A DNA stretch of 64,000 nucleotides, taken from assembly GCA_965240325.2 (NCBI GenBank), contig OZ251246.1, forward strand, positions 124,001 to 188,000, written 5' to 3'. The translations under genes were made by a program, and so were the position numbers. Below the pieces are notes generated by a model that had not been told where the DNA came from, did no database searches, and worked only from the letters and a program-made list of their open reading frames with translations. How positions within the stretch are numbered: position 1 is the stretch's first letter; the number at the start of each line of letters is the position of its first letter. Source of the DNA: Rebecca billardiae RCC1528 (taxonomy: Eukaryota; Protista; Haptophyta). Shown here piece by piece: positions 23,340 through 36,900 of the stretch.

Positions 23340-23611
23340 CTTCGGAACATTATTTGACGACGATATTAATTATTATATAATATTATAATAATTATAGCAG
23401 CTGCTATATAACTACGACGTACGTACGAACTCCGGACGGAGTATAATAATAATGGGACGGCCATGCCGCCATGCGGTGGCGCCAGCGCGCGACTGGACGG
23501 CGCGGCTGACCGACTGACCGTCGACCGATTGATGCGGCGATTGGCGTCTCAAGACGACCGGACGACCGGCCTGGCGTCGGCACGGCCGCGGCCGGGGCGG
23601 GTGCGCGCGCC

Positions 23612-23800
23612 CTACTCGGGCTCGATGCGCGGCGTGCGGTGCAGCAGGAGCGGCAGCCCGAGCAGCGAGACGACGAGCGGCTCGAGCACGGCCAGCAGGC
23701 ACAGCAGGCTCAGCAGCCTGCGCGTGGCGGCGGCGAGTGCGCGCGCGGCGCTGGGCGGTCAGCGCGGCCGCGCGCGCGCGCGCGCGCGGCCGCTCGGCGC

Positions 23801-23839
<39 letters not shown>

Positions 23840-26800
23840 CGCGCACCAGCTGGCGCAGACGTACGCGGCGCCGCCGGAGGACATGGCGCGGCTCGAGCCC
23901 GCGCGCACGCCGATCGCGCCGAGCAGGCAGCCGAGCAGCAGCAGGCCGGCCACGGCCCACGCCGGCCCCTCGGCCACCAGCCTGAACCGCCAGCGCGCGG
24001 AGAAGGAGGGGGCGAGCGCGGACGCGCCGGCGCGCGCGCTGGTGGTGCGGCGCTGCTGCTCCTTGTCGAAGACGTCGGGGCTGGCCGCGGCGCCCGCGTC
24101 GAAGAAGAGCACGCCGCCCTCGCGCCCGCCGGACTGCGCCGAGCGGCGCGACGAGTCGGACGCCGCCTCCGCGCCCGGCACCGACTCGGCGCCCGCTTCG
24201 TCCTCCGCCTCCTCCCCCTCCGGCGTGCCCTCGGGCCCGAGGTAGCGGCGCAGCGCGTCCGCCTTGCTGCGCGGCTTGGCGCCGGCGGCCTGCTCGGGCG
24301 TCTGCTGCGGCAGCGCCGAGAACTGCGCGGCCGCGCGCGAGGGCGCGGTGCGCGGCGTGAGCGCGGCGTCGCGCGCGGGCGGCGCGCGCGCGGCGCGCGG
24401 CGCGCGTCGCGCGCGGCTCGCGCGCACCCCTGGCGACGCGCCCGGCGGCTCGGGCGGCGGGCGGTGCCTGACGGCGGTCGCGGCGGTGGCGTACGCGGCG
24501 GGGTCGGTGATGAGCAGCCGCGTCGTGTCGCAGCCGCACGCCGTGCCCGTGCCCGACGAGCGCCGCCTGACGAGCTGAGCGCCAGCGCCGCCGTCCGCGG
24601 CGGCGGGCGCGCCCACGCCGCCGGGCACAAACTGACCGCGGCGCGCCGCGCCGGCGTATCCGCCGGCCGGGCGCTCGCGCGAGGTGGAGCGTCGGATGTT
24701 GCGCTCGCCGAGCGCGCCGCCCGCGCCGCCGAGCTCGGCGCCGAGCATGCTCTCGCGCGCGGGCACGCGCGACGCGCTGAGCCGCGCGGCGCGCACACCC
24801 ACGCCGATTGGCCGTGGGCTGCCCACGCCCACGCCGCCCACGCCGCCGCCGCTGCTGCCGCGCGCGCCGCGCGCCGGCAGGCCGGCCAGCCCGACTCGCT
24901 GCGACTGGAAGTCGGAGAGCGCGGCGGTGGAGGCGTAGACGGGCTCGCCGTCGCGCGTGGGCGAGAGCGGCGAGGAGCCGTCGGGCAGGAGGTACGACGC
25001 GAGGCCCGAGCCGCCCGCGCCCGGCGTGTAGGGCCGGCCGCGCGCGCCGGGCGAACTGCTAGCGGGCGCGCCCGCGGCGGCGGCGGCGGCGGCGGCGGCC
25101 GACTCGCGAGCGGCGGCGTTGGAGGCGCGCTGGCCCGCGGGCGGCGAGCGCGTGGGGATGGGCACCCACGAGCCGGAGCCGCTGCCGCCGGCGGCGGCGA
25201 GGGCGAGCGCGCGCGCGCGCCGCCCCGCCACGCCGCCCGCGGCCGCGCCGCCCGCGGCCGCGCCGCCGTCCGCCGCCGGCGCGGCGGCCGCGCCGAGCAG
25301 CGAGGCCGCGTTGGCGTTGAGGGCGGCCGCGCGCGAGCGGCGGCGGCTGCCGGGCGGAGGGCCGATGGCGGCGGCGGCGCTGCCGCGGCGGCGGTCGGAG
25401 GCCGCGCACGCCGCGGGCGCCGCCTCCGCCGCCGCGCCGGCGGCGGCGGCGGCGGGCGCGCCGTCGAGAGGCGTGGGCGGGTGCGGCGGCAGCGGCGTCG
25501 CGTCAACGGCGACGCGGCAGCCGCGCGTGCCGGCCCACGCGCGCACGGTGGCGGAGCCGGGGCGCGAGATGACGCTGGCCGCGGCGGAGGAGGACGAGGC
25601 GGCGTCGTCGCCGCCCGCGCCCGCCCCGCCTCCACACCCGCCGCTCGCCACGAGCGTGCCCGCGCCCGCCGTCGCCGAGGCGGGCGGCTGCACTTTCTCG
25701 CGGAAGCCCGCGCGCGCCCCCGCGCCTGCGCCGCCCGCCGCGGCCGCGGACGCGCGCCGGCCGAGGCCGGGGCCGGGCGCGGGGCCGGGGGCGCCGCCGA
25801 GCGCGGCGGCGGGCGGGAGGATCGCCCCGCCGCCGCCGAGCAGCGGGATCGCCACGCGGCCCGCGCCGCCGCCCGGCGGCTGCGGCGCGAGCGCGCGTCC
25901 GCCCTCGGCGGCGCCCAGCCACACGCCCGGCGGCGGCGCGATGATGCGGCCGCCGTCGGCGGCGGCGGCGCGCGGCGGCATCGCCGGGAGCATCGGCGGC
26001 CCGCCGCCGCCCGCGCCGGGCGGCAGCTGCGCGCGCCGCTGGAAGGCGGGCGCTGGCACGGCGTCGCCGTCGGCGCCCGCGCGCGCGGCGAGTCGGCGCG
26101 ACGGCGGCGGCGCCTCCGCCTCCGCCTCCGCCTCGGGCCGCGGCGGCTGTGGCGGCGGTGGGCGCGGGGGCTGCGGCGCGGGGCCGGGCTCGGCCGCCGC
26201 CTCGCCCCACGCGCCCCCGCCCGCGCGGCGCCCGGCCGACGGCGGCCCCGCGTCCGCGAACGCCGCGTCGCCGTCGTCGTCGCCGCCGGGCGGCGGCGTC
26301 GGCTCGGGCGGCGCGGGCGCCGGGTCGGGCGGCGGCCGCTCGTCCGGCGGGCGCGGCGGCGGAGCGGCGCCCGCCGAGTCGTCCGCGTCGGGTGGCGGTG
26401 TGCGCGAGCGGCGCGGCTCGCGCGGCTCGAGCGCGCGCAGCCCGGGCGGCGGCGGCGGGCGGCGCGTCGGGCTGGCCGCGCTCGCGCAGCCCGCGGCGGC
26501 GGACGCCGCGGCCGCGCCGCCGCCCTGCTCGGCCGACGCGCGGCGCGTGAGCGTGGGCGCGGCGGCGCCGCCGTCGGCGACGGAGCTGGTCGCGGACTCG
26601 CGCGCGGGGCGCGAGCGGACCGAGTCGGTGCGCTGCAGCGGCGGGATCCCCGCCGCGCCCGCGATCGCCGGCGTGGCGAACAGGTCGACCGGCGTGGCGT
26701 CGTGGATGACCGTGCGCTTGGGCGGCGAGCGCGGCGGCCGCGCGCGCGCGCCGGTCGACGAGCGGCGCGAGACGGCGCTCATGCCGCCCTGCGAGTCGAC

Positions 26801-28455
26801 GCGGCGCACGCCGGGCGAGGCGGGGCGGGCGGTGGGCGAGGCGGCGGGCGCGCCCGCCGCCGTCGCGGGCAGCAGCCCCGCGCCCGCCGTCGCGGGCAGC
26901 AGGCCGACGCGCTCGCGGCGCGGGCCGCCGCGGCCGCGGCCGCCGCCGAGCGGCGGCGGCGCGGCGGCGGGCGCGGCCGCGCCGCCGCCCCTGCCGACGG
27001 CCGAGCCGTCGCGGCTGGCGAGGCGGCGCGGCGGCGCGCGCGCGGGCGGCGGCGGGATCGCCACGCCCTCGAACAGCTTCGCGCCACTGCCGCCCACGCC
27101 GAGCGAGCCGTCGCCGAAGCCGATCGCGCCGAGCCTTGGCGCGGGCGGCGCGCTCGGGCCGGCGCCCGCGCCGCCGCCGCCGTCTTGCGAGCGGCCCGCC
27201 GGGCTGCACGCGGCGGCAAAGTCGCGGCGGCCGGCGCGCGCGGCGGCGGGCGCGCCCGCCGCGGGCTTGCGCGAGTCCAGCCGCGGCGGCGCGGGCGGCA
27301 GCGAGGTGGGTAGCACCGGCGCGCCCGCCGCGGCCGCGCCGCCGCCGGCGCCGCCGCCCGGCGCGGACGCCGTCTCGACCGGCAGCGACACGCGGCCTGT
27401 CTTCTGCAGCGACGTGGGGTCGACGGGCGTGAGCTTGGGCTTGCAGCGCGACTTGGGCTCGAGGCGCGTCTTCACGCGCAGCCGCGTCTCGAACGGCAGC
27501 TCGGCGAACCGGTCGTCCGAGCAGTACGCCATCGGCGGCGCGGGCAGGTCCTGCGCGGCCGCGGTCGCCACACCCATCTCCTCGCCAAAGATCTGCGACT
27601 GGTCGCGCGCGGGCGACTCGAACGGGGCGGCGGGCGGCGGCGGGCGGAGGGGCGCGGGCACGACGCGGCGCGGCGCGCGCCCGCCCAGCGGGCCGAGCGC
27701 GTCGCCCAGGTCCGCGTCGTCCACCACGCCCTCCTCGCCCGCGCCGCCGCTCGCGCGCGCCGCGCCGAGCGCGCCGAGCGGCGGCACGGCGCCCGGGCGC
27801 GCGCCGCCGCGCGGGCCGGCCGTCGGCGGCGGCAGCAGCGAGACGCCCACCTCGCGCTTGGGCGGCGCGGGCGGCGCGACGACGGGGCGGAGGATGAGCG
27901 AGCGGTCCGACTGCGCGACCGAGAGCGCGCCGCCCTCCGACGACAGCGACGCGCCGTGCGGCGACGAGCCCGCCGCGTCGGCGACGCGCAGCCGCGGGCG
28001 CGACGCGCGCCGGAACGACGCGAGCCGCGCGCGCGCGCCCAGCTCGGCGTCGCGCCGGCGCGCGCGCGCGTAGTAGAGGAAGGGCGCGCGCGCGAGCCAG
28101 CACAGCGGCGCGGCGCACAGCGCGCCGAAGAGCCCGACGAGCAGCACGCCGAGCGCCGACCCCGTCGCCTCGCCCTCGGCGGGCGCGAGCGCGGACGGCG
28201 CGAGCGCGGCGCTCGCCGCGTCGGCCGAGCCGCTGAGGCCCTCGTCGAGCGCGACCGCCGCGAGGAAGGCGGCGGCGGCGCACGCGCCGAGGACGGGGAC
28301 GGACTCGAGCCGCCCGACCGAGCCGTCCGTCGTGCGGCGCAGCTCGGCCGGCGCCCGCGCCCGCGTCGCGTTCGCGAGCGCGTGCGTCTGCGCGAAGAAG
28401 GCGCTGAAGCGCGCCCAGCGCGTGGGCGGCTGCAAGAGCTGGCGCCAATCAGCGG

Positions 28456-28492
<37 letters not shown>

Positions 28493-30911
28493 GGCCGCGC
28501 GCTCGGCGCGCGGCGGGGTGAGCTCGGCGTCGTCGGCGGTGGAGACCGAGGCGCGCGCCACGCCGCCGTCCTCCGCCGACGCGCGGCGCGGCGAGACCGG
28601 CGGCGAGCGCGAGGGCGGGCTGGGCGGCGGGCTCGGCGCACCGCCGTCGCCGCCACCGCCTGGCGGCGCGCCGCCGCCGCCCTCCTGCCCCTGCCCCTGC
28701 CCCTGCCCCTGCTGCTCCTGCTGCGCGTGCGCCGCCTTGAGCGCGGCGCCGTGCGACTGGCGGTCGACCCAGAGCAGCGCGAGCACGTCGAGCAGCAGGA
28801 TCGAGAACGCGACGAAGCCGAGCACGAAGCCGCCCCAGTGCGGCTCGGGCGGCGCGAGCGTGACCGCCGTCGACGGCACCGACTCGACCGCGCCCGGCGG
28901 CGGCGGCGCGGGCGCGGGCGGCGCCACGCCGAGCCGCAGCTCGGGGTAGACGACGGCGGCGCCGGGGAGCGCGAGGCGCTCGGCCGCGGAGAGACTGTCG
29001 AGCAGCGCGCGCACCTCCGCCTCCGACACCGACCCGCCGCCGCCCGCCTGCGCCTCGAGCTGCGCGCGCGCCGAGAGCCGCACGTCTCGGGCGAACGCAA
29101 AGCACAGGGCGAGTGTGGCCGGCGGCAGCTGGCCCGGCGCGGGCTCGGTCGGGGTGAAGGTGGCGGAGCCGTTGGTCAGCGCGAGCGGCGGCGCGGCGGC
29201 GGTGGCCGCCGCGTCGGCGCACGCCGCCGTCGCGTTGCTCGAGTTCGACACGCTGAACGCCGCCACGTCGAACATCGCCGTGCCGTCAAAGACGCCCGCC
29301 TCCGCGCCCACGCCCGGCCCTCGGAAGAGCAGCGCAATGGGCGCGCCGTCGAGCGCGACGACGGACGCGCCGGCGTCGTCGAGCGCGGAGGCGTCGGCCG
29401 CGGTGGCGCCGGCGCGCGCGGGCGCGCCGCCCTCGGGCACCACCTCCTCCACCGAGCTCACCAGCCGCAGCGGCGGCGGCGGGCTCGGCGGGCTCGGCGG
29501 GCTCGGCGGCGGGCTCGGCGGCGGCGGCGCGGGCGGCGATCGCGGCGCGTCGTCAAACTCTGGGACGGGCGTGGGCACGACGACGGCGGCGGCGGTGGCG
29601 GCGAAGACGGCGGGCGAGAGCGCGGTGGAGTTGAGCGCGGCCTCCACGCTCAGCGCGCTGCCCACCAGCTGGCGCACCGCGCCCACCATCGACTCGGACA
29701 CGACGCGCTGCGAGGCGCCCAGCAGGCGGATCTGCTCGGTCACGTCCGTCACGGCCGCGCTGCCGATCGTCGCGGCGCGCGCCTGCAGCTGGGTGACGGC
29801 GGAGGCGGTGGAGCGCGAGACGGCCTCGAGCACGGCGGACGAGGCGTTGGACACCTGCGCCGAGCTCGCCACCGCGCCGAAGCGCAGCCCCGCGCGCAGC
29901 GCCACGCGCAGCTGGTTGGGCCACAGCCGCAGGTCGAAGAGGGTCGAGGACGCGCCGCCGCCGCCGCCGCCGGGCGGCGGCGGCGGCGAGGCGGGCGGCG
30001 GCGAGGGCGAGGTGTCGGCGGCGCTGACGTTGAGCACGCCCGAGGCGAGCAGCTCCTCCGCGATCGCCGCCTGCACGCGCTCCGCCGCGCTCACCAGCAC
30101 CGACGTCGGCGCGCCCGACGCCACGATCGTCGCGGCGATCACCTCAGTGGTCGCCTGCAGCGAGGCCATCAGCCCGAGCAGCGCGGCCGCCTCCGCCTTC
30201 ACCGCCTCCTGCCGCCACACGGAGGAGTACGGGTCGGCGGTGAGGAGCGCGGCCGCGGCGCCGCCCGCGCCGAACGCCGCCGGGTCGAGCCCCAGCGCCG
30301 CCGCCACGTCCGAGTCGAGCACGTGCGTCGAGCGGCCCAGGTCGACGAGCAGCGTACTGAGTGGCGTCACGAGCACCGCCGCTTGCGAGGCGGCGGTGAG
30401 GCGCGTGCGCAGCGGCGTCGAGACGGTCGCGCCCGAGCCCGCGTCGACGCACGCGGAGAGCAGCGGGTCGATGCGCACGAGCGTGCCACGCACGCTCTCC
30501 CACTCCGCGACGAACCCAAAGTTGCCGAAGCCCGCCGTCACCGTCGACGCCTCGCCCGCGTCGAGCGCGCCGTCGCCGTCCGCGTCCAGCCAGATGGTGC
30601 AGCCCTCGAGGTAGCCGTCCATCGCCTTGCCGACGATCTCGGGCGTGGGCGGCGGGGAGGGCGGCGGCGAGGGGGGCGGCGAGGGCGGGGGCGCGGGCGG
30701 CGGCGAGGGCGGCGGGGACGGCGGCGGCGAGGGCGGCGGCGAGGGCGGCGCCGACGGCGGCGCCGACGGCGGCGGCGAGGGCGGCGGCGAGGGCGGGAGC
30801 GGCGGCGGGAACGGATCGGTGCGCGGCGGCGGCGGCGGGCTCGGCGGCGGGCTCGGCGGCAGTGACGGGATGGGCGGCAGCGCGGGCGGCGGTAGGGGCG
30901 GCGGCTGCGGG

Positions 30912-30942
<31 letters not shown>

Positions 30943-33900
30943 AGGGCGGCGGCGAGGGCGGCGAGGGCGGCGGGAACGGCTCGGTGCGCGGCGGCGGCGG
31001 CGGCGTGGGCGGCGGCAGCGGCGGCGGCGCGGGCGGCGGCGAGGGCGGCGGCGAGGGCGGCGGCGCGGGCGGCTGGAGCGTCGGCGGCGGGCTCGGTGGC
31101 GGCGAGGGCGGAGGGCTGGGCGGCGGCGAGGGCGGCGGCGAGGGCGGCGGCGAGGGCGGCGGCTGCGGCGGCGGCGATGGCGGCGACGCGGGCGGCGGCG
31201 GCGGCGGGAACGGAACCGTGCGCGGCGGCGGCGGCGGCGCGGGCGGCGGCGCGGGCGGCGGCGAGGGCGGCGGCGCGGGCAGCGGCGCGGGCGGCGGCGA
31301 GGGCGGCGGCGAGGGCGGCGGCGCGGGCGAGGGCAGCGGCGGTGGCGAGGGCGGCGGCGCGGGCGGCGCAGCCGGCGGCGGCGAGGGCGGCGGCGAGGGC
31401 GGCGAGGGCGGCGGGAACGGCTCGGTGCGCGGCGGCGGCGGTGGCGCAGGCGGCGGGCTCGGCGGCGGCTGCGGAGGCGGCCGCGGCAGCGGCGAGGGCG
31501 GCGGCGAGGGCGGCGGCGAAGGGGGCGGGCTCGGCGGCGGCGAGGGCGGAGGCGGCGCCGGCGGCGAGGGCGGCGGCGGGCTGGGCGGCGGCGAGGGCGG
31601 CGAGGGCGGCGGGAACGGCGTCGTGCGCGGCGGCGGCGGCGGCGTCGGCGGCGGGCTCGGCGGCGGCGACGGCGGCGGGCTCGGAGGCGGCGCGGGCGGC
31701 GGCGCCGGCGGCGGCGAGGGCGGCGCGCTCGGCGGCGGCGCCGGCGGCGGCGAGGGCGGCGGCCCCGGCGGAGGCGGCGAGGGCGGCGGCGAGGGCGGCG
31801 AGGGCGGCGGGAACGGCGTCGTGCGCGGCGGCGGCGGCGGCGTCGGCGGCGGACGCGGCGGCGGCGAGGGCGGCGGGCTCGGCGGCGGCGAGGGCGGCGG
31901 CGCGGGCGGCGGCGAGGGCGGCGCGCTCGGCGGCGGCGCGGGCGGCGGGCTCGGCGGCGGGGAGGGCGGCGGTGGCGAGGGCGGCGGCGAGGGCGGCGAG
32001 GGCGGCGGGAACGGCGTCGTGCGCGGCGGCGGCGGCGGCGTCGGCGGCGGACTCGGCGGCGGCGTTGGCGGCGGGCTGGGCGGCGGCGCGGGCGGCAGCG
32101 CGGGCGGCGGCGTTGGCGGCGGCGAGGGCGGCGGCGCGGGCGGCGGGCTCGGCGGCGGGCTCGCCGGCGGGCTCGGCGGCGGGCTCGGCGGCGGCGGCGT
32201 GGGCGGGAGTGGCGGCGGCGGCGAGGGCGGCGGCGAGGGCGGCGACGGCGGCGGGAACGGCTCGGTGCGCGGCGGCGGCGGCGGCGCCGGCGGCGGGCTC
32301 GGCGGCGGCGACGGCGGCGGGCTCGGCGGCGGCGCCGGCGGCGGCGCGGGCGGCGGCGCGCCGGGCGGCTGCGCCGGCGGCTGCGCCGGCGGCTGCGCCG
32401 GCGGCGCGCCGGGCGGTGGGCTCGGCGGCGGCGACGGCGGCGGCGACGGCGGTGGGCTCGGCGGCGGGGAGGGCGGCGGCGCAGGCGGCGACGGCGGCGG
32501 GAACGGCTCGGTGCGCGGCGGCGGCGGCCGGCTCGGCGGCGGCGCGGGCGGCGGCGACGGCGGCGGCGACGGCGGCGGCGCGGGCGGCGGGCTTGGCGGC
32601 GGCGGCGCGGGCGGCGGCGCGGGCGGCGGCGCGGGCGGCAGCGACGGCGGCACGCCCGGCGGCGCGCTCGGCGGCGGGCTCGGCGGCGGCGCGGGCGGCA
32701 GCGACGGCGGCGGCCGCGGCGGCGGCGACGGCGGCGGGCTCGGCGGCGAGGGCGGCGGGAACGGCTCGGCGCGCGGCGGCGGCGGCGGCGCGGGCGGCGG
32801 CGAGGGCGGCGGCGAGGGCGGCGGCGGTGAGGGCGGCGGTGTCGGCGGCAGCGGCGCGGGCGGCGGCGCGGGCGGCGGCGCGGGCGGCGGGCTCGGCGGC
32901 GGGCTCGGCGGCGGCGAGGGCGGCGGCGCCGCCACCAGCGGCGGTGGGCTCGGCGGCGGCGCGGGCGGCGGGCTCGGCGGCGGGCTCGGCGGCGGGCTCG
33001 GCGGCGGCGCGGGCGGCGGGCTCGGCGGCGGCGCGGGCGGCGCGGGCGGCGGGAACGGATCGGTGCGCGGCGGCGGCGGCGGGCTCGGCGGCGGGCTCGG
33101 CGGCGCGCTCGGCGGCGGCGAGGGCGGCGGGCTCGGCGGCGGCGCGGGCGGCGGCGGCGAGGGCGGCGGCGCGGGCGGCGGCGCGGGCGGCGGCGCGGGC
33201 GGCGGGCTGGGCGGCGGCAGCGGCGACGGCGGCGGCGGGCGTGGCGGCGGGCTGGGCGGCGGGCGCGGCGGCGGCGAGGGCGGCGGCACGGGCGGCGGCG
33301 GGCTCGGCGGCGGGCCCGGCGACGCGGGCGGCGGGCGTGGCGGCGGGCTCGGCGGCGCGCGCGGCGGCGGCGACGGCGGCGGCGCGGGCGGCGGCGGGCT
33401 GGGCGGCGGGCGCGGCTCCGCGGCGGGCGGCGGGCTGGGCGGCGGGCTGGGCGGCGGCGCGGGCGCGAGCTCGACGGTCGCGCTGACGAGCGGCACGAAC
33501 GCGAAGCCCGACGCGTCGTACGGCGCCGCGCTCGAGCCGAGGAACGGGAAGTTGCGGTCGGTCTCCGTGCCGCCGAGCGCGTCGGTCGTCTCGACCATGA
33601 ACGCGACGCGCACGGAGCCGGGCTCGGGCCAGCGGCCGTCGGACGTGTCCGGGCGGAAGGCGGCGGTGAAGGTGCCGTCGCCGGCGTGCGCGGCGGTGAG
33701 CACCCAGTTGCCCTCGCCCGAGTCCGAGCCCGCGCTGCCGCTCGACACCGCCACCTCGTACGCGCCGCCGCCGTACTCCACCTCCGCGCGCACGGCCGTC
33801 TTGTCCGCGCTCGCGGGCGCGGACGCGTCGTCCACGACGGTCACGGCGAGCACGAGGTCGGTGGAGGGCGCGGCGCCGCCGAGGGGCGAGGGGAGCAGCG

Positions 33901-36900
33901 TGTAGTTGGCGATGAAGCGGCGCTTGCCCGCCACCGCGAGCTGCAGGTACGCCGCGTCGTTCGTCGTCACCGACCCGTCCAGCGTCGGGTCGAGCTGCGA
34001 GAGCCGCCACGCGCAGAAGCTGCCCACGTTGTACTCGGACGAGCCGAGCACGACGAGCGCCGCGACGCGGATGTCGAACGAGGTGAAGGCGCAGTCGCCC
34101 GAGACGTCGCCGTACACGCGCTCGGTGCACGGGTCGCACGACTGCAGCCGCCGCGCCGCGCGCGCCGCCGCGCGCGCGCCCGCCGCGCGCCGCGCCGCGG
34201 CGAGCGCGGCGCGCGCGCCGAGCCGCGCGTCGGCGGCCTCGGGCGGCGCGCCGAGGCGTCCACCCGACGGCGCGCCGGCGGCGGGCGCGCCCGCCGCGTC
34301 GGCGAGCGCGCGCCGCGCGGCCGACACGCTCGCGACGCCCGCGCCGGCGAAGATGTCGGCGTTCTGCGTGCGCGTGGTCTCGCCCGAGCCGTCCTGCGTG
34401 ACGAGCTCGACGATCGTGCCGCTGAACGCCGCCGAGCCGGTGGCGAGCACGTCGAAGGTGATGGTGCCGATCTGCAGGTACGTGCCCGCGTCGGTCGAGG
34501 CGGTGTCGTCGCCGACGAGCAGCACGCGCGTCACCGGGTCGTTGATCGTGCACGTGGCCCACGCGAGCGAGGTGGCGCAGCCGGAGGCCTGGAGCAGGCT
34601 CGAGTCGAGGAAGATCTCGATCTGGAAGTTGACCAGCTTCTCGCCGCCCGTGTTGGCGTACACGCCCACGGAGAGTTGTGAGCCCGACTGCGCAAACTGC
34701 AGCCCGGCGCTGTCGCCGAGGTCGACGTCGTTCACGGCGGGCCGGAGGTTGGGCGAGACGGTCACCTGCAGGTCGGCGGCGGAGGCGCCGGCGGGGAGCG
34801 CGGCGTCGCACGCCCACGCGACGGACGCCGTCGTCGCGCCCGGCGCGTTGCCCTGCAGCGTGAGCACGCCCTCCGCGTCCACGCTCACCGCATCCGTGTC
34901 GTCCGAAGCGAAGTCAAACAGCTCGGCCGTGGGCACATAGAAGCCGCTGCCGGCCGCGTCGTCCCAGACGGTGCCGTCGTCAAAGGTGACGGCGACGCCG
35001 AGCGCGCGCGTGGTGCCCTGCTGCCCGACGAGGTCGAACGCCTTCGCGCCGTTCGACGCGCGCGAGAGCACGAGCTGCGTCGGCTGCACGGGCGTGGACG
35101 CGTCCACGGTCACGCCGAGCGTGCTGCCGAGGCTCAGCCCCTGCCACAGCACGTCCAGCTGCGTGACGCCCGCGCCGACCGGCCGGAGCTCGGCGGCGGA
35201 GACGGTGGCGACGGCGGCGTCGGAGGAGGAGAAGGTGGCGGCGCTCGTCACGTCGACGACGCTGCCCGCGACGTCGCTCAGCGTCACGCTCGCCGCGAGC
35301 GCCGCGCGCTGGAAGGACGACGTGCAGCCGATCGCCGAGAGCGTCGTCGCGTCGACCGCCGCCGAGCCCGAGTACGCGGGCGAGGGCGAGGCGAAGAGCG
35401 CGATGGACGCGACCTCGACCAGCTCGATCGTGAGCGTCTTGTCGCCGTCGAAGCCGGGGACGAGCGCGGCGAAGAGCGGCACGCGGCCGTGCACCGTCAG
35501 CGACGACGGGCACGCCGGGTTGCTCGCCGCGCCCGCGATCACGCTCAGCACGTTGCCGCTCAGGCTCGCGCACTGCTCGGAGCCGTCGTCCGCGCTCAGC
35601 GTGAAGTTGGCGCGCGCGTCGGTCGAGAAGTCGACGGTGGTGTCGTCGTCGTACGTGACGAGCATCGTCAGCGTCGCGCCGGTGGGCAGGCTCACCGGCG
35701 GCTGCGACGCGCCCTCGGACGGGTCGGCCACGCGCGCCGCGGACGCGCTGAACGTCGAGATGGCGGTGGGCGCGGGCACGGCGATCGCCACGCGCGCCGA
35801 GCCAACGGCCGCGGCGCCGCCGGCGGAGGCGCACGCGACCCACGACGCCTGGAGGAGGGGGCCTGACTGCGCGATCGCGTTGGTCGCGACGGTCGCGCGC
35901 CACGCGTCCTCCTCGCCCACGCCGCGCGACAGCTCGAGCGACGCCGTCGTCGAGCTGAGCGCCAGCTCCGCGTGCGGCACCGGCTGCACCGAGCCGTCGG
36001 AGAGCGTCGCCCACGCAAACACGCGCGCCTCGTCGCCCTCCGCGTCGAGGAGCTGCGCGAGCGCGAGCGTGGGCTGCACCGCGTCCTCGTACTCGGGCGA
36101 GGCCTGCGGCGCGCTGCTCCACGCCGTCTCCTCCGGGTTGAGCGCGACGACGCTGAGCGACGTCACGTTGGCCGCGCTCGCGCCCAGCGTGAGCGTCGCG
36201 GGCGTCGCCGCGCCCGGCGCGCCTCCGGAGAGGCTGACGTTGGTCGAGCCCGCGCCCGCGCCCGCCGCGCCGGACACGTGCCACACGCCGGTGGTGCCGT
36301 CGAAGCTGACGCTCGCGAGCGCGCCGTCGTCGCTCGCCAGCGTCACCTCCGCGGACACGTCCACCAGCCCGTCGGCGAAGCCGGCCGCGAGCGCGGCCGT
36401 CGAGCCGGCGCCGCCGTCCGAGTTGTCGTAGGAGAAGGCGGCCAGCAGCCGCGCGCGCGTGCGGCCGTAGGGCGCGTACGGCGCGGTGCACTCGGCGGAG
36501 GCGGAGCGGAGGAGGCCGCCGATGGGCGAGAGCGTCGGCGCGTCGAGCTGCACGCGCGCGCGCCGCGGGTACCACACGCGCAGCGGCACCGTGTCGTTCA
36601 CGGCCGCGTCCGCGGCGAGCGCGAGCGCCACGCGCGCCGCGGCCGCGCCCGCCGTGTGCGACGCGTCGAGCGAGAGCGCGCACGCCGAGCTGACGCTGAG
36701 CACGGACGCGTCGGCGGGCGCGTCGGCGAGCGCGCAGGTGAACGTCGAGCCCGCGCTGCCGCTCGCCGGCCCATCCGCCGCGCGCGAGTACAGCACCGTC
36801 CCGGCCAGCGTCGGCGCGTCCGCCGCGCCCGACAGCGGGCCCATGTTGACGCGCTCCGCGTCGCCGCTGCCCGAGACGTAGCCGACGAGGCCGAGCGGCG

